Source: an uncultured delta proteobacterium
Lineage (GTDB): Bacteria > Desulfobacterota > Binatia > UBA9968
DNA length: 64,000 nt
Direction: 5' to 3'
NCBI GenBank assembly: GCA_963804165.1
Contig: CAWDPO010000008.1
Span: forward strand, 81,894-145,893
Position 1 is the stretch's first letter. Every line of letters starts with the position of its first letter. A model generated the notes under the pieces. That model was not told the origin of the DNA and ran no database searches. It saw only the letters and a program-made list of their open reading frames with translations. Shown here piece after piece: positions 14,470 to 25,392 of the stretch. Both the position numbers and the translations under genes were made by a program.

Positions 14470-14598
14470 ATTTCCTACTGAGGAGAATAACGGTCACGCC
14501 GGCTTCGTCCGCTAACTGGTTCGCCGCACTGTACTTACAGCAAGTCGGAGACTAACCTAACCTCGACGCTGGATTGAGGTAAGTCTTCTCGGAGGACC

Positions 14599-15592
14599 AT
14601 GAAGATTCGGACGTCGCGGGCCACAACCGTGCTGGGGATAACACTTGCTATTTTACCGGTTTGTCCACAGCGCCCCCGCTTCGCCGCCGAAACGCCTCGC
14701 TGCGCGGGGTTTATAATGCTCTAGGCGGCACCATGTCGCCGCATGGATCGCCCAAGACTAGAACTTTTCACCAAGCACGGGCTGCAACACAACCTTAACT
14801 ACTCGCCGCGACCACGGCGATCCAGGCCATCGTCGGCGGCACGAGGAGATCGGCTTGGTTGGCAATCAAGGCATCGACGTGGCCTTGGAAGGGGCGGATA
14901 CGGTCTACATCGCCAACACCGCGGCGCGCTTCGTCTTCCATCTGTACGGCGACCCGGCGATCAAAACTGTCGCTGATCTCAAGGGCAAAGTTCTTGCGGC
15001 GACGCAACCTGCGGCATCGACGGATTACGCCGGCCGCATGCTGCTGCGCCGCTCCGGTTTAGTCCCGGATAAGGATGTGAAGATTATTTACGCCGGCAGC
15101 AGTGCCAGCGCTCCTCACCACCTTGAAATCAGGTAATGCCGCCGCCGGTCTCATGAGCGCGCCGACCACGTTTCAGGCCCAAGAATTGGGTCTGAAACAG
15201 ATTCTCAACGTCACCGAACTGAATATTCCTTTTATATTCGTGAGCGTGGTCACGACGCGTAAGGTCATCCAACAAAAGCCGGACGCTGTAATGCGCTATC
15301 TCAGAGCCTACACGGAGGCGATCTCGGTGATTCAGCGCGACAAAGAAACCGCGATGAAAGTCATGAGCAAATTCATGAAGACCGACAACCGGAAAATCCT
15401 CGAGGCGGTCTACGAGGAACACCACCGGTTTTTCAGCGCGTGCCGCTGATGACCAAAGGAATCCGTACAAGCCGTTCTAGATGTCGCCAAGGGCCCTAGA
15501 GCCCAGCAAGTCAAGCCGGAAGAGTTTTACGACAACTCGTTTATCAAAAACTCGAGGTTTCCGGTTTTATCAATTCGCTTTACGCGCGCTAA
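14599..15592 (+). CDS. NitT/TauT (SsuA/THI5-like) ABC substrate-binding protein, frameshifted
   Basis: GGAGG RBS before ATG 14599; IKTVADLKGK...STDY...GLVPDKDVKI; C-terminal FYDNSF...GFINSLYAR typical of this family. Confidence 0.75.
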
Positions 15593-15637
15593 AAAGTCAC
15601 TATCCATGCGAAAGCGGGTCGACCAATGATCTCACGC

Positions 15638-15713
15638 GTTCAAGGTTCCACGTTCAAGGTTCAAGGACATACTCCAGCTTCTGACGTTGAACTTTGAACC
15701 TTGAACTTTGAAC
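15638..15713. repeat. Hairpin of 7-bp units (GTTCAAG)n...(TTGAAC(C/T))n
   Basis: gttcaaggttccacgttcaaggttcaagg - spacer - gttgaactttgaaccttgaactttgaac; related copy at 45956..46032. Confidence 0.85.
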
Positions 15714-15772
15714 TTCCAGTCGTGGATCCACCGCGGATAGGCCGCATTGACATGGCGCTCAGGTAAAATGAC

Positions 15773-16894
15773 ATGGCTTGGTATCTGCACATCGACATGG
15801 ATGCGTTCTACGCGTCCGTCGAACAGGTGCTCGATCCAAGTCTGAAAGGCAAACCGGTGATCGTCGGCGGCCGCAACGGACGCGGCGTTGTCACGTCGGC
15901 TTCTTACGAAGCGCGAAAATTCGGCGTGCATTCCGCGATGCCGGGCTTCCAAGCGAGAAAACTTTGCCCGCAAGGTATCTTTGTACCGAACCGCCGCCGC
16001 GTTTATTCTGAATTTTCTCACAAAGTCTTCGCTATCTTGGAGCAATACTCGCCTGAGGTTCACGCGCTTTCCATCGACGAAGGACTCGTCGATCTTACCG
16101 GCACCGACAGGCTCCTTGGACCGCCGTTGAAAAGCGCCGACGCGATCATTCGCCGCATCGAAACCGAGCTGGGTTTGCCGTCATCTGCCGGACTGTCAAG
16201 CAGCAAAGTAACGGCGAAAATCGCCGCCACGTTGGCCAAACCGCGCGGACTTATTTACGTGCCGGCCGGTTCGGAAAAAGATTTTCTTGGGCCGCTGGCC
16301 GTGGAAATGATTCCCGGCATCGGACCGAAAACCTATAAGGCACTAAATCAGAGGGGCATCAAGACTATCGAAGACCTATTGGCGCGTGCCGAATTGTCTG
16401 AACGCTATTTGGACCTCGTCGCATCGACGGAGCATCGCCATCACCATGATCACTCGATCGGCAACGAAACCACGCTCGATCAACCGGTCAAAGAAATCGC
16501 GCAAATGGAAAAAATCCTCTGGGAGTTGGTCGAAGAAGTCGGCGGTAGACTGCGCCGCGATGAGTTTTACGCGCGCTGTCTAACCGTAAAGATCCGTTAC
16601 AGTAATTTCCAGACCATCACGCGCTCGCGCACACTACCGTCGCCGACTTGCTTCGACAAAGAAATTTTCGAGATCGTGAGCGCGCTATTGCGTGAAAACG
16701 TCATCCGCGGAAGAGCGGTGCGTCTGCTCGGGGTGAGCGCCAGCGCGCTGCAAAGGTCCGGTTGGCAAGAACCGTTGCTAGACCGCGACAAGCGCAAATC
16801 CTTCGAGCAGCTTTACAAGGGCATCGACGATTTGCGCCGCAAGTACGGCGAAGAAGCGATCGGCGCGGCCACACCGCGCAACCGCGCCGGTTGA
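15773..16894 (+). CDS. dinB: DNA polymerase IV (Y family)
   Basis: HIDMDAFYASVEQ, SASYEARKFGVHSAMP, SIDEG, AKIA...AKPRG, little-finger VRLLGVS. Confidence 0.95.
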   Translation: MAWYLHIDMDAFYASVEQVLDPSLKGKPVIVGGRNGRGVVTSASYEARKFGVHSAMPGFQARKLCPQGIFVPNRRRVYSEFSHKVFAILEQYSPEVHALSIDEGLVDLTGTDRLLGPPLKSADAIIRRIETELGLPSSAGLSSSKVTAKIAATLAKPRGLIYVPAGSEKDFLGPLAVEMIPGIGPKTYKALNQRGIKTIEDLLARAELSERYLDLVASTEHRHHHDHSIGNETTLDQPVKEIAQMEKILWELVEEVGGRLRRDEFYARCLTVKIRYSNFQTITRSRTLPSPTCFDKEIFEIVSALLRENVIRGRAVRLLGVSASALQRSGWQEPLLDRDKRKSFEQLYKGIDDLRRKYGEEAIGAATPRNRAG

Positions 16895-16936
16895 TTTTGC
16901 CGCCAAAGCCCCTTACTGTTTAAAACTCCAAGCATC

Positions 16937-17971
16937 ATGGCCAAGCCAAATCATGCTTTCCTGGCTGCCTGTCGGCGCGAACATTCTTCCTACACTCCCG
17001 TTTGGCTAATGCGCCAAGCCGGGCGCTACATGGAGGAATACCGCAAGCTCCGCGCCCAATACGATTTCCTCGAATTGTGCAAGAAACCGGATCTCGCCGC
17101 TGAAATCACGATAACCCCGGTAGAACGTCTTGGCGTTGACGCCGCGATACTCTTCGCCGACATCCTACTCGTTCTCGAACCGATGGGCGTTGGATTGGAA
17201 TATTCCAAAGGCGATGGCCCGGTCATTCATCATCCGGTGCGTAGTGGCAAAGACGTCGACGGCCTTAAAGAGTTTTCTCCCGAGAAGGAACTCTCCTTCG
17301 TTTACGACGCCGTAAAAAAAATCTGCAAATCCCTCAAAAACAAAGTTCCTCTCATCGGCTTCGCCGGCGCGCCGTTTACCCTCGCCTCTTATCTGATCGA
17401 AGGCGGCGGCTCGCGTAATTACGTGCATACCAAGAAACTGTTCTACAGCACGCCGGAAGCGTGGAAACGGCTGATGGAGCGACTCGCCAAAATCGTGACG
17501 GAATATTTGAATTGCCAGATCGCCGCCGGCGCTGAGACCGTGCAGCTCTTTGACAGTTGGGCCGGTTGCCTGACGCCGACCGATTACGAACAGTTCGTGC
17601 TGCCGTACACAAAGTCCGTGATCGACGCGATCACCCCAAGTGTCCCGGTAATCCACTTTAGCACCGGCACCGCCGGATTATTGAAACAGATCCGCGCCGC
17701 CGGCGGCGACGTGATCGGTCTCGACTGGCGCGTGAATCTTGATGACGGATGGGCGGCGGTCGGACATGATGTCGCGGTGCAAGGTAATCTCGATCCCATC
17801 GCGCTGTTCGCGTCACCCAAAGACATCAAAGGGCGCGTCGCCGAAATCTTGCGCCGCGCTAACGGTCGCCCCGGCCACATTTTTAATTTGGGACATGGAG
17901 TTCTTCCCGAGACACCGGTCGATCACGTGATCGCAATGGTCGACGCCGTCCACGAACTGAGCTCGCGATAG
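16937..17971 (+). CDS. hemE: Uroporphyrinogen decarboxylase
   Basis: PVWLMRQAGRY, LIGFAGAPFTLASY, QLFDSW, QGNLDP, HIFNLGHG. Confidence 0.97.
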   Translation: MAKPNHAFLAACRREHSSYTPVWLMRQAGRYMEEYRKLRAQYDFLELCKKPDLAAEITITPVERLGVDAAILFADILLVLEPMGVGLEYSKGDGPVIHHPVRSGKDVDGLKEFSPEKELSFVYDAVKKICKSLKNKVPLIGFAGAPFTLASYLIEGGGSRNYVHTKKLFYSTPEAWKRLMERLAKIVTEYLNCQIAAGAETVQLFDSWAGCLTPTDYEQFVLPYTKSVIDAITPSVPVIHFSTGTAGLLKQIRAAGGDVIGLDWRVNLDDGWAAVGHDVAVQGNLDPIALFASPKDIKGRVAEILRRANGRPGHIFNLGHGVLPETPVDHVIAMVDAVHELSSR

Positions 17972-17981
17972 CTCCTGCAAA

Positions 17982-18926
17982 ATGTCTCATCCGTACGAAG
18001 CCGTCCTTTTGATCGCCTTCGGCGGTCCCAGTTCGCCGGCGGAAATTCGCCCGTTTCTTGAGCGCGTTACGAAAGGCATTGCGCTGCCGCCCGAGCGTCA
18101 CGAAGAAGTGGCGCATCACTACGAAGCCGTCGGCGGCAAATCGCCGCTCAAAGAAATTACCTTCCGTCAGGCCGATGCACTTCGAAAGTATTTAGAATCA
18201 GCGAGCATAAAACTTCCCGTCTACATTGGCCTGCGCAACAGCAGCCCGTTTTTTACGGACACATTGAGACGAATGACGAGCGACGGCGTTACGCGAGCCT
18301 TGGGTTTCATTCTTTCTTCACATCGAACCGAAGCAAGCTGGGATCGCTATCAGAAAAATATCGCCGATGCGCAAGCCGAACTTGGCGTCGAAGCTCCGGC
18401 GATAGATTTTTGCGAAGGCTGGCACGACCATCCACTTTTCATTCAAACTTGGTCGAAACTGACTGAAGCTGCATTCGGCAAAATTCCACATGATAAAAGA
18501 AGTGATACACCCTTGATTTTTACAGCTCATAGTTTGCCCACATCGATGGCTTCACGATCGCCGTACGTCGAGCAGCTCGAAACCACAGCTCGGTTAATCG
18601 CTGAACGGCTGGGTCATCGTCGCTGGTCGCTCGCATATCAAAGCCGCAGCGGTAGACCGAGTGATCCGTGGCTCGAGCCCGATATTGGCGATGCCATCCG
18701 AAAAGTAGCCAACGAAGGTCGCAAGGAAGTCGTCGTCGCTCCGATTGGCTTTGTTTGCGATCACGTCGAAATTTTGTACGACCTCGACATCGCGGCAAAA
18801 CAAATCTCAGAAGATCTCGGCGTGGGGTTTCATCGAGCAAACTGCCCAAATGATCATCCGACGTTCATCCGGATGATGGCCGACGTGATTGAGCAAAAAC
18901 TAAAAAGAACCGAAGATCGAGGATAG
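17982..18926 (+). CDS. hemH: Ferrochelatase
   Basis: HYEAVGGKSP, FTAHSLP, YQSRSG...WLEPD, PIGFVCDHVEILYDLD. Confidence 0.95.
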   Translation: MSHPYEAVLLIAFGGPSSPAEIRPFLERVTKGIALPPERHEEVAHHYEAVGGKSPLKEITFRQADALRKYLESASIKLPVYIGLRNSSPFFTDTLRRMTSDGVTRALGFILSSHRTEASWDRYQKNIADAQAELGVEAPAIDFCEGWHDHPLFIQTWSKLTEAAFGKIPHDKRSDTPLIFTAHSLPTSMASRSPYVEQLETTARLIAERLGHRRWSLAYQSRSGRPSDPWLEPDIGDAIRKVANEGRKEVVVAPIGFVCDHVEILYDLDIAAKQISEDLGVGFHRANCPNDHPTFIRMMADVIEQKLKRTEDRG

Positions 18927-18975
18927 AAGATGGAGAATCGCGATCCTCGATCATCGATCCTCCATCCTCGACCTT
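18911..18975. repeat. Hairpin of 7-bp units (GAGGATC-like / GATCCTC-like) between hemH and hemY
   Basis: gaagatcgaggatagaagatggagaatcgcgatcctcgatcatcgatcctccatcctcga. Confidence 0.7.
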
Positions 18976-18982
18976 CTGTCTC

Positions 18983-20414
18983 ATGAACCGGCGCGTCGTC
19001 GTCATCGGCGGCGGCGTCGCCGGCCTTGCTGCCGCACACCGCATTGCCGAGCTTGCCAACGAAAGATCTCTCAGTGTCGAACTCACACTGCTCGAAGCCT
19101 CGCAACGGCTTGGCGGCACGATCGCCACGGAAAGAGTCGGCGATTTTCTCGTCGAAGCCGGACCGGACTCATTCATCACGGAAAAACCCTGGGCACTCCG
19201 TCTCTGCGAGCGCATCGGCCTCACATCACGACTTGTCTCAACCCAGTCCGCGTATCAAAAGATCTACATCGTCCACCGAGGAAAGCTGATCGCGCTGCCC
19301 GAAGGTTTTTTTCTCCTCGCACCGACGCGTCTTTGGCCTTTTGTCCGGACGCCGCTTTTCTCATGGTCGGGCAAACTGCGCATGGCGAGCGAACTTCTGC
19401 TTCCGCGCGGTAATATGAATGAGGATGAAACCCTCGGTTCGTTTGTCCGCCGGCGTTTCGGCAGCGAAGCTCTTGAGCGCGTCGCTCAGCCCCTGGTCGG
19501 CGGCATCTATGCTTCCGACCCGGACCAACTGAGTCTCGGCGCGACCATGCCGCGGTTCAAAGAGATGGAATCAAAGAAGCGCAGCGTCATCTGGGCAATG
19601 TGGTCCGAGCAAAGAATTCGCGCCCGCAACCGTGAAGCCGGCAGCGGCGCACGCTGGAGCTTGTTCGTCACGCTCGCGGGTGGAATGCAGGAATTGGTCG
19701 ATACCCTCGCCAAGCGTCTTCCCGAACCGACAATCCGTCTCAATTCTCGCGTCACCGGTTTGCTTTGCGACGAAACCAATAAAACTTGGCGGATCACCAT
19801 TGGCAACGACGAAACGATGCTTGCCGATGCTGTGATCCTCGCGACGCCCGCGTTTCAAACCGGCGCCATCACTTCTGCAATTACGAAGGACGCAGCCATC
19901 GAACTCAAGAATATCTCTTATGCTTCTACAGCGACCGTGAGTCTCGGCGTACCGTCGCGACGACTTCACCCAGGCACCGGATAGCTTCGGTTTCGTCGTG
20001 CCGGCGATAGAACATCGTAAGGTCATGGCTTGCACCTTCAGCAGTCTGAAATACCCTGGCCGAGCGCCGGAAGGTCATGTTTTGCTGCGCGCTTTCGTCG
20101 GCGGCGCGTTGCAACCGGAATTGTTTGGCGACGACGACGCGGCCATGGGGAATAACGTCCGTGAGGAACTTGCAAATTTACTTGGCGTCCGCGCCCAACC
20201 TATCTTCGCACGCATTAGGCGCCATCCGAATTCAATGCCACAATACCACGTCGGCCATGAAGCTCGCATCAAACGAATCGAAGCTTCTTTGCGCCAATTT
20301 CCCACGCTCGCCCTCGCCGGCAGCGCCTATCACGGCGTCGGCATTTCCGATTGTGTTCGAAGCGGCGAAGAAGCCGCGGCAAAACTCATCGCCCAGATCG
20401 ATTCCGCAACGTAA
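18983..20414 (+). CDS. hemY: HemY-type proto/coproporphyrinogen oxidase (frameshift near 19950)
   Basis: VIGGGVAGLAAA (FAD binding), EAGPDSF, PLVGGIYA; second frame supplies MPQYHVGH and LAGSAYHGVGISDCV. Confidence 0.92.
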
Positions 20415-20566
20415 ACAGCCTGGTCGGGTTCTTGGCTCGACGCTTTATTCCGAATCACACCACGACGCCCAATTACGGTTCAACTCCTTCGGCAATGCGC
20501 AGGATAAACGCCGGGAGAAATCTTTTCTTCTTGACGCCTGTATCGAACCCAGATTATGAATCGGTC

Positions 20567-21408
20567 ATGCTCATCATCGACTCCCAAGTCCACATTTGGG
20601 CGCCCGAGACGGCGGAAAAACCTTATGCCAGAGAAGATGCGTCGCCGCCGCACCGACCTGTGCCGCTCGGCCACGAGGAACTCTTGCGTGAGATGGACGG
20701 CGCCGGAGTCGCGCGTTGCGTGCTCGTACCGCCGACCTGGGAAGCCGATCGCAACGATACCTCGTTGGAGGCCGCAAGATTGCACCCCGATCGCTTTCGC
20801 GTCATGGGTCGACTCGCGCTGACAAAAGCCGGAAAGCCGCGCGCTCATGGCGACGTGGAAAAATCAGCCGTATATGTTGGGCATCAGGATGGTTTTTAAT
20901 GCGGGGAAAACGCGACAATGGCTGGACGACGGCACAGTCGGACTGGTTCTGGGACGCCGCCGAACGCTACGACGTGCCGGTGATGGCATTCGCGCCAAGT
21001 GCCGTGCCCAAGCTCGGTGAGATCGCGGAACGCCACCCGGGACTGCGCATGATCATCGATCACATGGGACTTAGCTCGGCGCTGCGCGGCAACTCACTCG
21101 AACCTTCCGTGGCCAACACCATCAAGCTCGCGCGCTTGGCCAACGTTGCAGTGAAAGTGTCCGCCTTGCCGTGCTACGTGGATGAACCTTATCCATTTCC
21201 GACTCTGCATCCGCTGGTGCGCAGCGTCGTCGACGCTTTCGGCCCGCGACGCTGCTTCTGGGGCACGGATTTGTCTCATCTCCCCTGTCCGTACAAGCAA
21301 GTGGTGACACTGTTCACCGAGGAAATGAAATCGCTTTCGGCGCCCGAATTAGAATGGATCATGGGCCGCGGCATAGCGGAATGGCTCGGCTGGCCGCTGC
21401 CGGAATAA
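20567..21408 (+). CDS. Amidohydrolase family protein (frameshift near 20830)
   Basis: IIDSQVHIW, IIDHMG, VKVSA, FGPRRCFWGTD. Confidence 0.85.
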
Positions 21409-21424
21409 TGAGGAGGCTAAGGTC

Positions 21425-22135
21425 ATGAGAATTATCAATCGTGATTTGAACATAGAAAAAGACGGAATCCCTGGCTACCTAGCTCATCCCGACCGCAAGG
21501 AGCCCGGCCCTGGCGTACTGATCGTGCATCACCATTATGGCGTGACGGGGAACATGAAAGTAAACGTCTGTGAGTTTGCCAAGCTGGGCTACACGACCAT
21601 CGTGCCGGATCTCTACAAGATGCTCGGCGAACCGGACGGCGTCCACGAAGCGCAAAAGAAGACCAGCGACGGACAATTCGCGGAGATCGTCAACAGCGCG
21701 TGGCGTTATTTGACAACAAGGCCCGACGTCGACGGCAAGCGTTGCGCCGTCGTCGGTTATTGCATGGGCGGGCGCATCGGAATCCACTTCGTGGCCGCCA
21801 CGCCGAGCGTGCGCGGTTTCATCGGCTACTATCCGTCCGTCCGTGACGAAGAACCGAGCTCCTTAAGACCGCGCCATCCCAACGACGCGGTGAAAGACTT
21901 CAAGTGTCCGTCACAAATTTTCTTCGGCGCCAAGGATCACGTCGCCAGTGTTGCCGTGCAGCAGCGCCTGATGGCGAGCTTTCAGTCCAACGGCCAACCC
22001 TTGGACTGGCACTTCTTCCATCGCGCCGGTCACGGTTTCGCCATGGCCGACGGCGAGTGCTACGATCCGGGGCTCGCGGAACAGGCGTGGGGTTTAGTGT
22101 CGGATTTTCTCGGGAGAGAATTGGGAAACGAATAA
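21425..22135 (+). CDS. Dienelactone hydrolase family protein
   Basis: GYCMGG nucleophile elbow, GAKD, AGHGF. Confidence 0.9.
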   Translation: MRIINRDLNIEKDGIPGYLAHPDRKEPGPGVLIVHHHYGVTGNMKVNVCEFAKLGYTTIVPDLYKMLGEPDGVHEAQKKTSDGQFAEIVNSAWRYLTTRPDVDGKRCAVVGYCMGGRIGIHFVAATPSVRGFIGYYPSVRDEEPSSLRPRHPNDAVKDFKCPSQIFFGAKDHVASVAVQQRLMASFQSNGQPLDWHFFHRAGHGFAMADGECYDPGLAEQAWGLVSDFLGRELGNE

Positions 22136-22201
22136 ACAATAAGAGCCGAAATTTCGTCGATTGCTGATAGTAATGGCGAAACAATAATCTCGAAAATCGG
22201 G

Positions 22202-22642
22202 TCACTTGATAGGTACTGGCCTGTTCCACTCTAATTTGCACAGACCATCGACTAACTCAATTTTCGGTGCTGGGACCTCCCTGCAATCAGATAGAACCTT
22301 TCGTGCACTATTGTAATTCTTTGCTTGCTGGTTGTATTCATCGACTAGTACTTTTAATTTAGATTCATTGGTTTTTGCCACCGAATAAGCCAAATAAGTC
22401 GCCGGCCCACCACATGGTTTATGACCGAATGCTATTGATCTACACTGGGAGAGATCTTTGGCTCGGGCGTCGCCTATTTCTTCTTTAATGATTCGTCCCA
22501 GCTCTGTCATTCGGTCCAAATCAAACTGTTGCAACGCGAAAGCCGTCGAGTCAGTGCGGGAGTCAAGGTGAATCACCCGCAGTGTAAGCGTTCCAGTCGT
22601 AAGTCCTAATAGCAATAGAAAAACAGCAACGATCGTGCGCAT
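22202..22642 (-). CDS. Secreted hypothetical protein, lower GC than flanks
   Basis: Hydrophobic N-terminus; C...GHKPCGGP..YLAYS...SDC...C cysteine pattern. Confidence 0.7.
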   Translation of the reverse strand: MRTIVAVFLLLLGLTTGTLTLRVIHLDSRTDSTAFALQQFDLDRMTELGRIIKEEIGDARAKDLSQCRSIAFGHKPCGGPATYLAYSVAKTNESKLKVLVDEYNQQAKNYNSARKVLSDCREVPAPKIELVDGLCKLEWNRPVPIK

Positions 22643-22766
22643 GGTCAGTTTCTAGCTTTCCACTAGATTGTTTCCTAGATCAAAAACTTTTTAGCGAATC
22701 CACCGCACCAACTTGAATAGCTGCTCAACTGGGACGTAGCTTGAAGTCGAATGGAGTTTCTCCGAT

Positions 22767-23942
22767 TTAGATAATCCCCTTCTCTTTAAACTCGACCAGC
22801 TTTGCATCGTCATAGCCGAGCGGTTTCAAATACTCCGCGTTATGTTCGCCGAGCTCCGGCGGAGGCTGCGGATGGGGATTTTTCGTGTCTCCATATTCGT
22901 TTGGAAAGGCCACCGTGCGGATCGTCGGCTTATCCTTACGCTCGATCTTGATCTCCAAGCCCATATGTTTGATCTGGGGGTCTTCGAAGACCTCGAGTAA
23001 ATTGTAAACGGGCGTGTGCGGCACGTCGTTGACTTCCAACTGTTCCAGCCAAACGGCTCGAGGCTTCTCTTTGAAGAACTCCGCGAAAACTCTGCTCAGT
23101 TCGGAATAGTTTTTCCTGCGATTCGGCCTTGTGTTGAAGCGCGGATCGTCGATCACTTCAGGATGACCGGCGGCCTTACACAATCCTTCCCAGAATTTCT
23201 GCGGCGAGGAGAGATGAATCGCGAACGGCAGGCCGTCAGAGCCGCTGAACGCATAAGTCTGTGACTGCATCGGCCGGGTGTACGGGCCCGGGATTTTGCC
23301 CGTCGCAAGCGCGCTAGTCGCCGGGGCGATCAGGAAGGCGAGCGTGGAGCCCGCCATCGTCGTATCGACTTGCTGACCCTTGCCGGTCTTCGCGCGCGCT
23401 GCGAGCGCCCCGAGGACCCCGATACAAGCAAACATGCCGCTCAAGCTGTCCGCATAGTTCGGGCCGATGGGTCGCGGGTTCTTCGCATCCATCAATAAAC
23501 TCAACATGCCGCCGAGCCCCTGACCGACGGTGTCGTATGCCGGCCGTTTCACGTACGGTCCACTCGGTCCTGTACCGGTGACTGAGAGATAAATCACTCC
23601 TGGATTCGTCTTGCTCACGGTGTCGTAGTCGATGCCGAGCTTCTGCATCACGCCTGGGCGATAGTTGTCGAGCACCACATCCGCCTTCTTGGCGAGCGCC
23701 AGAAAGATTTCTTTTCCCTCCGGCGTCTGTAGATTCAACGTGATGCTTTTCTTACCGCGATTGTACGCCCAAAAGTTCGGCTGATCACCGCCCAAGTCCC
23801 AACCGCGAAACGGGTCGCCGCCCTTGGGGTTTTCGACTTTGATGACTTCCGCGCCCATGTCGGCGAGCAACATTGCGCCGTAAGGTCCCGAGATAAAATT
23901 CCCCAGCTCCAAAACTTTAATGCCGTCCAGACAACCGTTCAT
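22767..23942 (-). CDS. Family III CoA-transferase (CaiB/BaiF)
   Basis: LADMGAEVIKVE, NRGKKSITLNL, NYRPG, AYD, PPELGEH. Confidence 0.95.
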   Translation of the reverse strand: MNGCLDGIKVLELGNFISGPYGAMLLADMGAEVIKVENPKGGDPFRGWDLGGDQPNFWAYNRGKKSITLNLQTPEGKEIFLALAKKADVVLDNYRPGVMQKLGIDYDTVSKTNPGVIYLSVTGTGPSGPYVKRPAYDTVGQGLGGMLSLLMDAKNPRPIGPNYADSLSGMFACIGVLGALAARAKTGKGQQVDTTMAGSTLAFLIAPATSALATGKIPGPYTRPMQSQTYAFSGSDGLPFAIHLSSPQKFWEGLCKAAGHPEVIDDPRFNTRPNRRKNYSELSRVFAEFFKEKPRAVWLEQLEVNDVPHTPVYNLLEVFEDPQIKHMGLEIKIERKDKPTIRTVAFPNEYGDTKNPHPQPPPELGEHNAEYLKPLGYDDAKLVEFKEKGII

Positions 23943-24004
23943 TTTGCGCTCCCATTTCTACCCTTCCACTTTTCCCTCGCGGTGTTTGCGCATTCGCGCG
24001 ATAA

Positions 24005-25182
24005 TCAGATGACGCCCTTCTCTTTAAACTCCGCCATCTTCGCGTCGTCGTAACCGAGCGAATTTAGAAACTCACCGTTATGCTCGCCCAACTCCGGCGG
24101 CGGTGCCGGGTGGAGAGGCTTGGTTTCGCTGTACTCCAAGGGAAATTTCACCGTGCGGATCGACGGTTTGTTCTTCCGGTCGATCTTGATTTCCATGCCC
24201 ATGTGTTTGATCTGCGGGTCTTCGAAGACTTCTGCCAGATTGTATACCGGCGTGTGCGGCACATCCTTGGCTTCGAGTTGCGCGAGCCAGTAGGCGCGCG
24301 GTTTATTGTTGAAAAATCTCCGCGAAGGTCGCGTTCAACTCATCGTAATTTTTCCGTCGATCCGGCCGGGTATTGAAGCGCGGATCTTCGATCAGCTCGG
24401 GGTGCTCAGCCGCATTGCACAAACCCTCCCAAAATTTTTGCGGCGAAGACAGATGAATCGCGAACGGCAAACCGTCCGAGCCGGAGAACGCATACGTCTG
24501 CGATTGCCGCGGGCGAGTGTACGGACCCGGCGGCCGTCCGTGCGCCAAAGTTTCGGTCGCCGGCGCGATTAAAAATCCCAGCACCGCTCCGGCCATGGTT
24601 GCGTCGACTTGCTGTCCCCTGCCGGTTTTTGTTCTGGCGGCCAGCGCGCCCAAAACGCCGAGCGCCGAGTAGAGCCCGCTTAAATGGTCGGCGTAGGCCG
24701 GCCCGATGGGGCGTGGATTCTTAGGATCCATCAAAACACTCATCATACCGCCCAACCCTTGGCCAACCGTGTCGTACGCCGGCCGGTTGACGTACGGACC
24801 CGTCGGGCCGGTGCCGGTAATCGAGCAGCAGATAATCTGATCGTTAATTTTGCTTAATGTTTCGTAATCGATGCCGAGTTTTTTCGTCACTCCCGGACGA
24901 TAGTTTTCGATGACCACGTCGGCGTGTTTGGCAAGCCCGTAAAAAATTTCCTTTCCTTCGGCAGTCTGAAGATTTAACGTGATGCTCTTTTTGCCGCGAT
25001 TGAAAGCCCAGAAATTCGGCTGATCGCCGCCCAAGTCCCAGCCCCGAAACGGATCGCCGCCCTTTGGGATTTTCGACTTTGATCACTTCTGCTCCCATGT
25101 CGGCGAGCAAGCACGCGCCGAACGGCCCGGAAATAAAATTTCCCAACTCCAAAATCTTGATCCCTTCCAAACAACCTTTCAT
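24005..25182 (-). CDS. Second family III CoA-transferase paralog (two frameshifts)
   Basis: Three ORF pieces (24844..25182, 24303..25034, 24005..24262) colinear and highly similar to 22767..23942. Confidence 0.9.
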
Positions 25183-25247
25183 CCTTCTCTCCTACTTTTT
25201 GATCTTAATTCTTCCTCACGCCTGTTCCTAACACCTGTCTTGGTTTA

Positions 25248-25288
25248 AACGATTTGAACTGAGCGTAGCCGTTGAACGTTTTGAACAC
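25248..25288 (+). repeat. TTGAAC-periodic intergenic repeat
   Basis: aacgatttgaactgagcgtagccgttgaacgttttgaac; same family as 40572, 45018 and 48304. Confidence 0.7.
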
Positions 25289-25392
25289 TCGCGCTCTTGA
25301 ATATTGCCTTTGCCTGTTGCCTTTTCTGTTGCCTAACGCCTTGTTCTTCAGATAATGGAGCTTTCATATATCCCATTTCCAAGGAGCACAAG

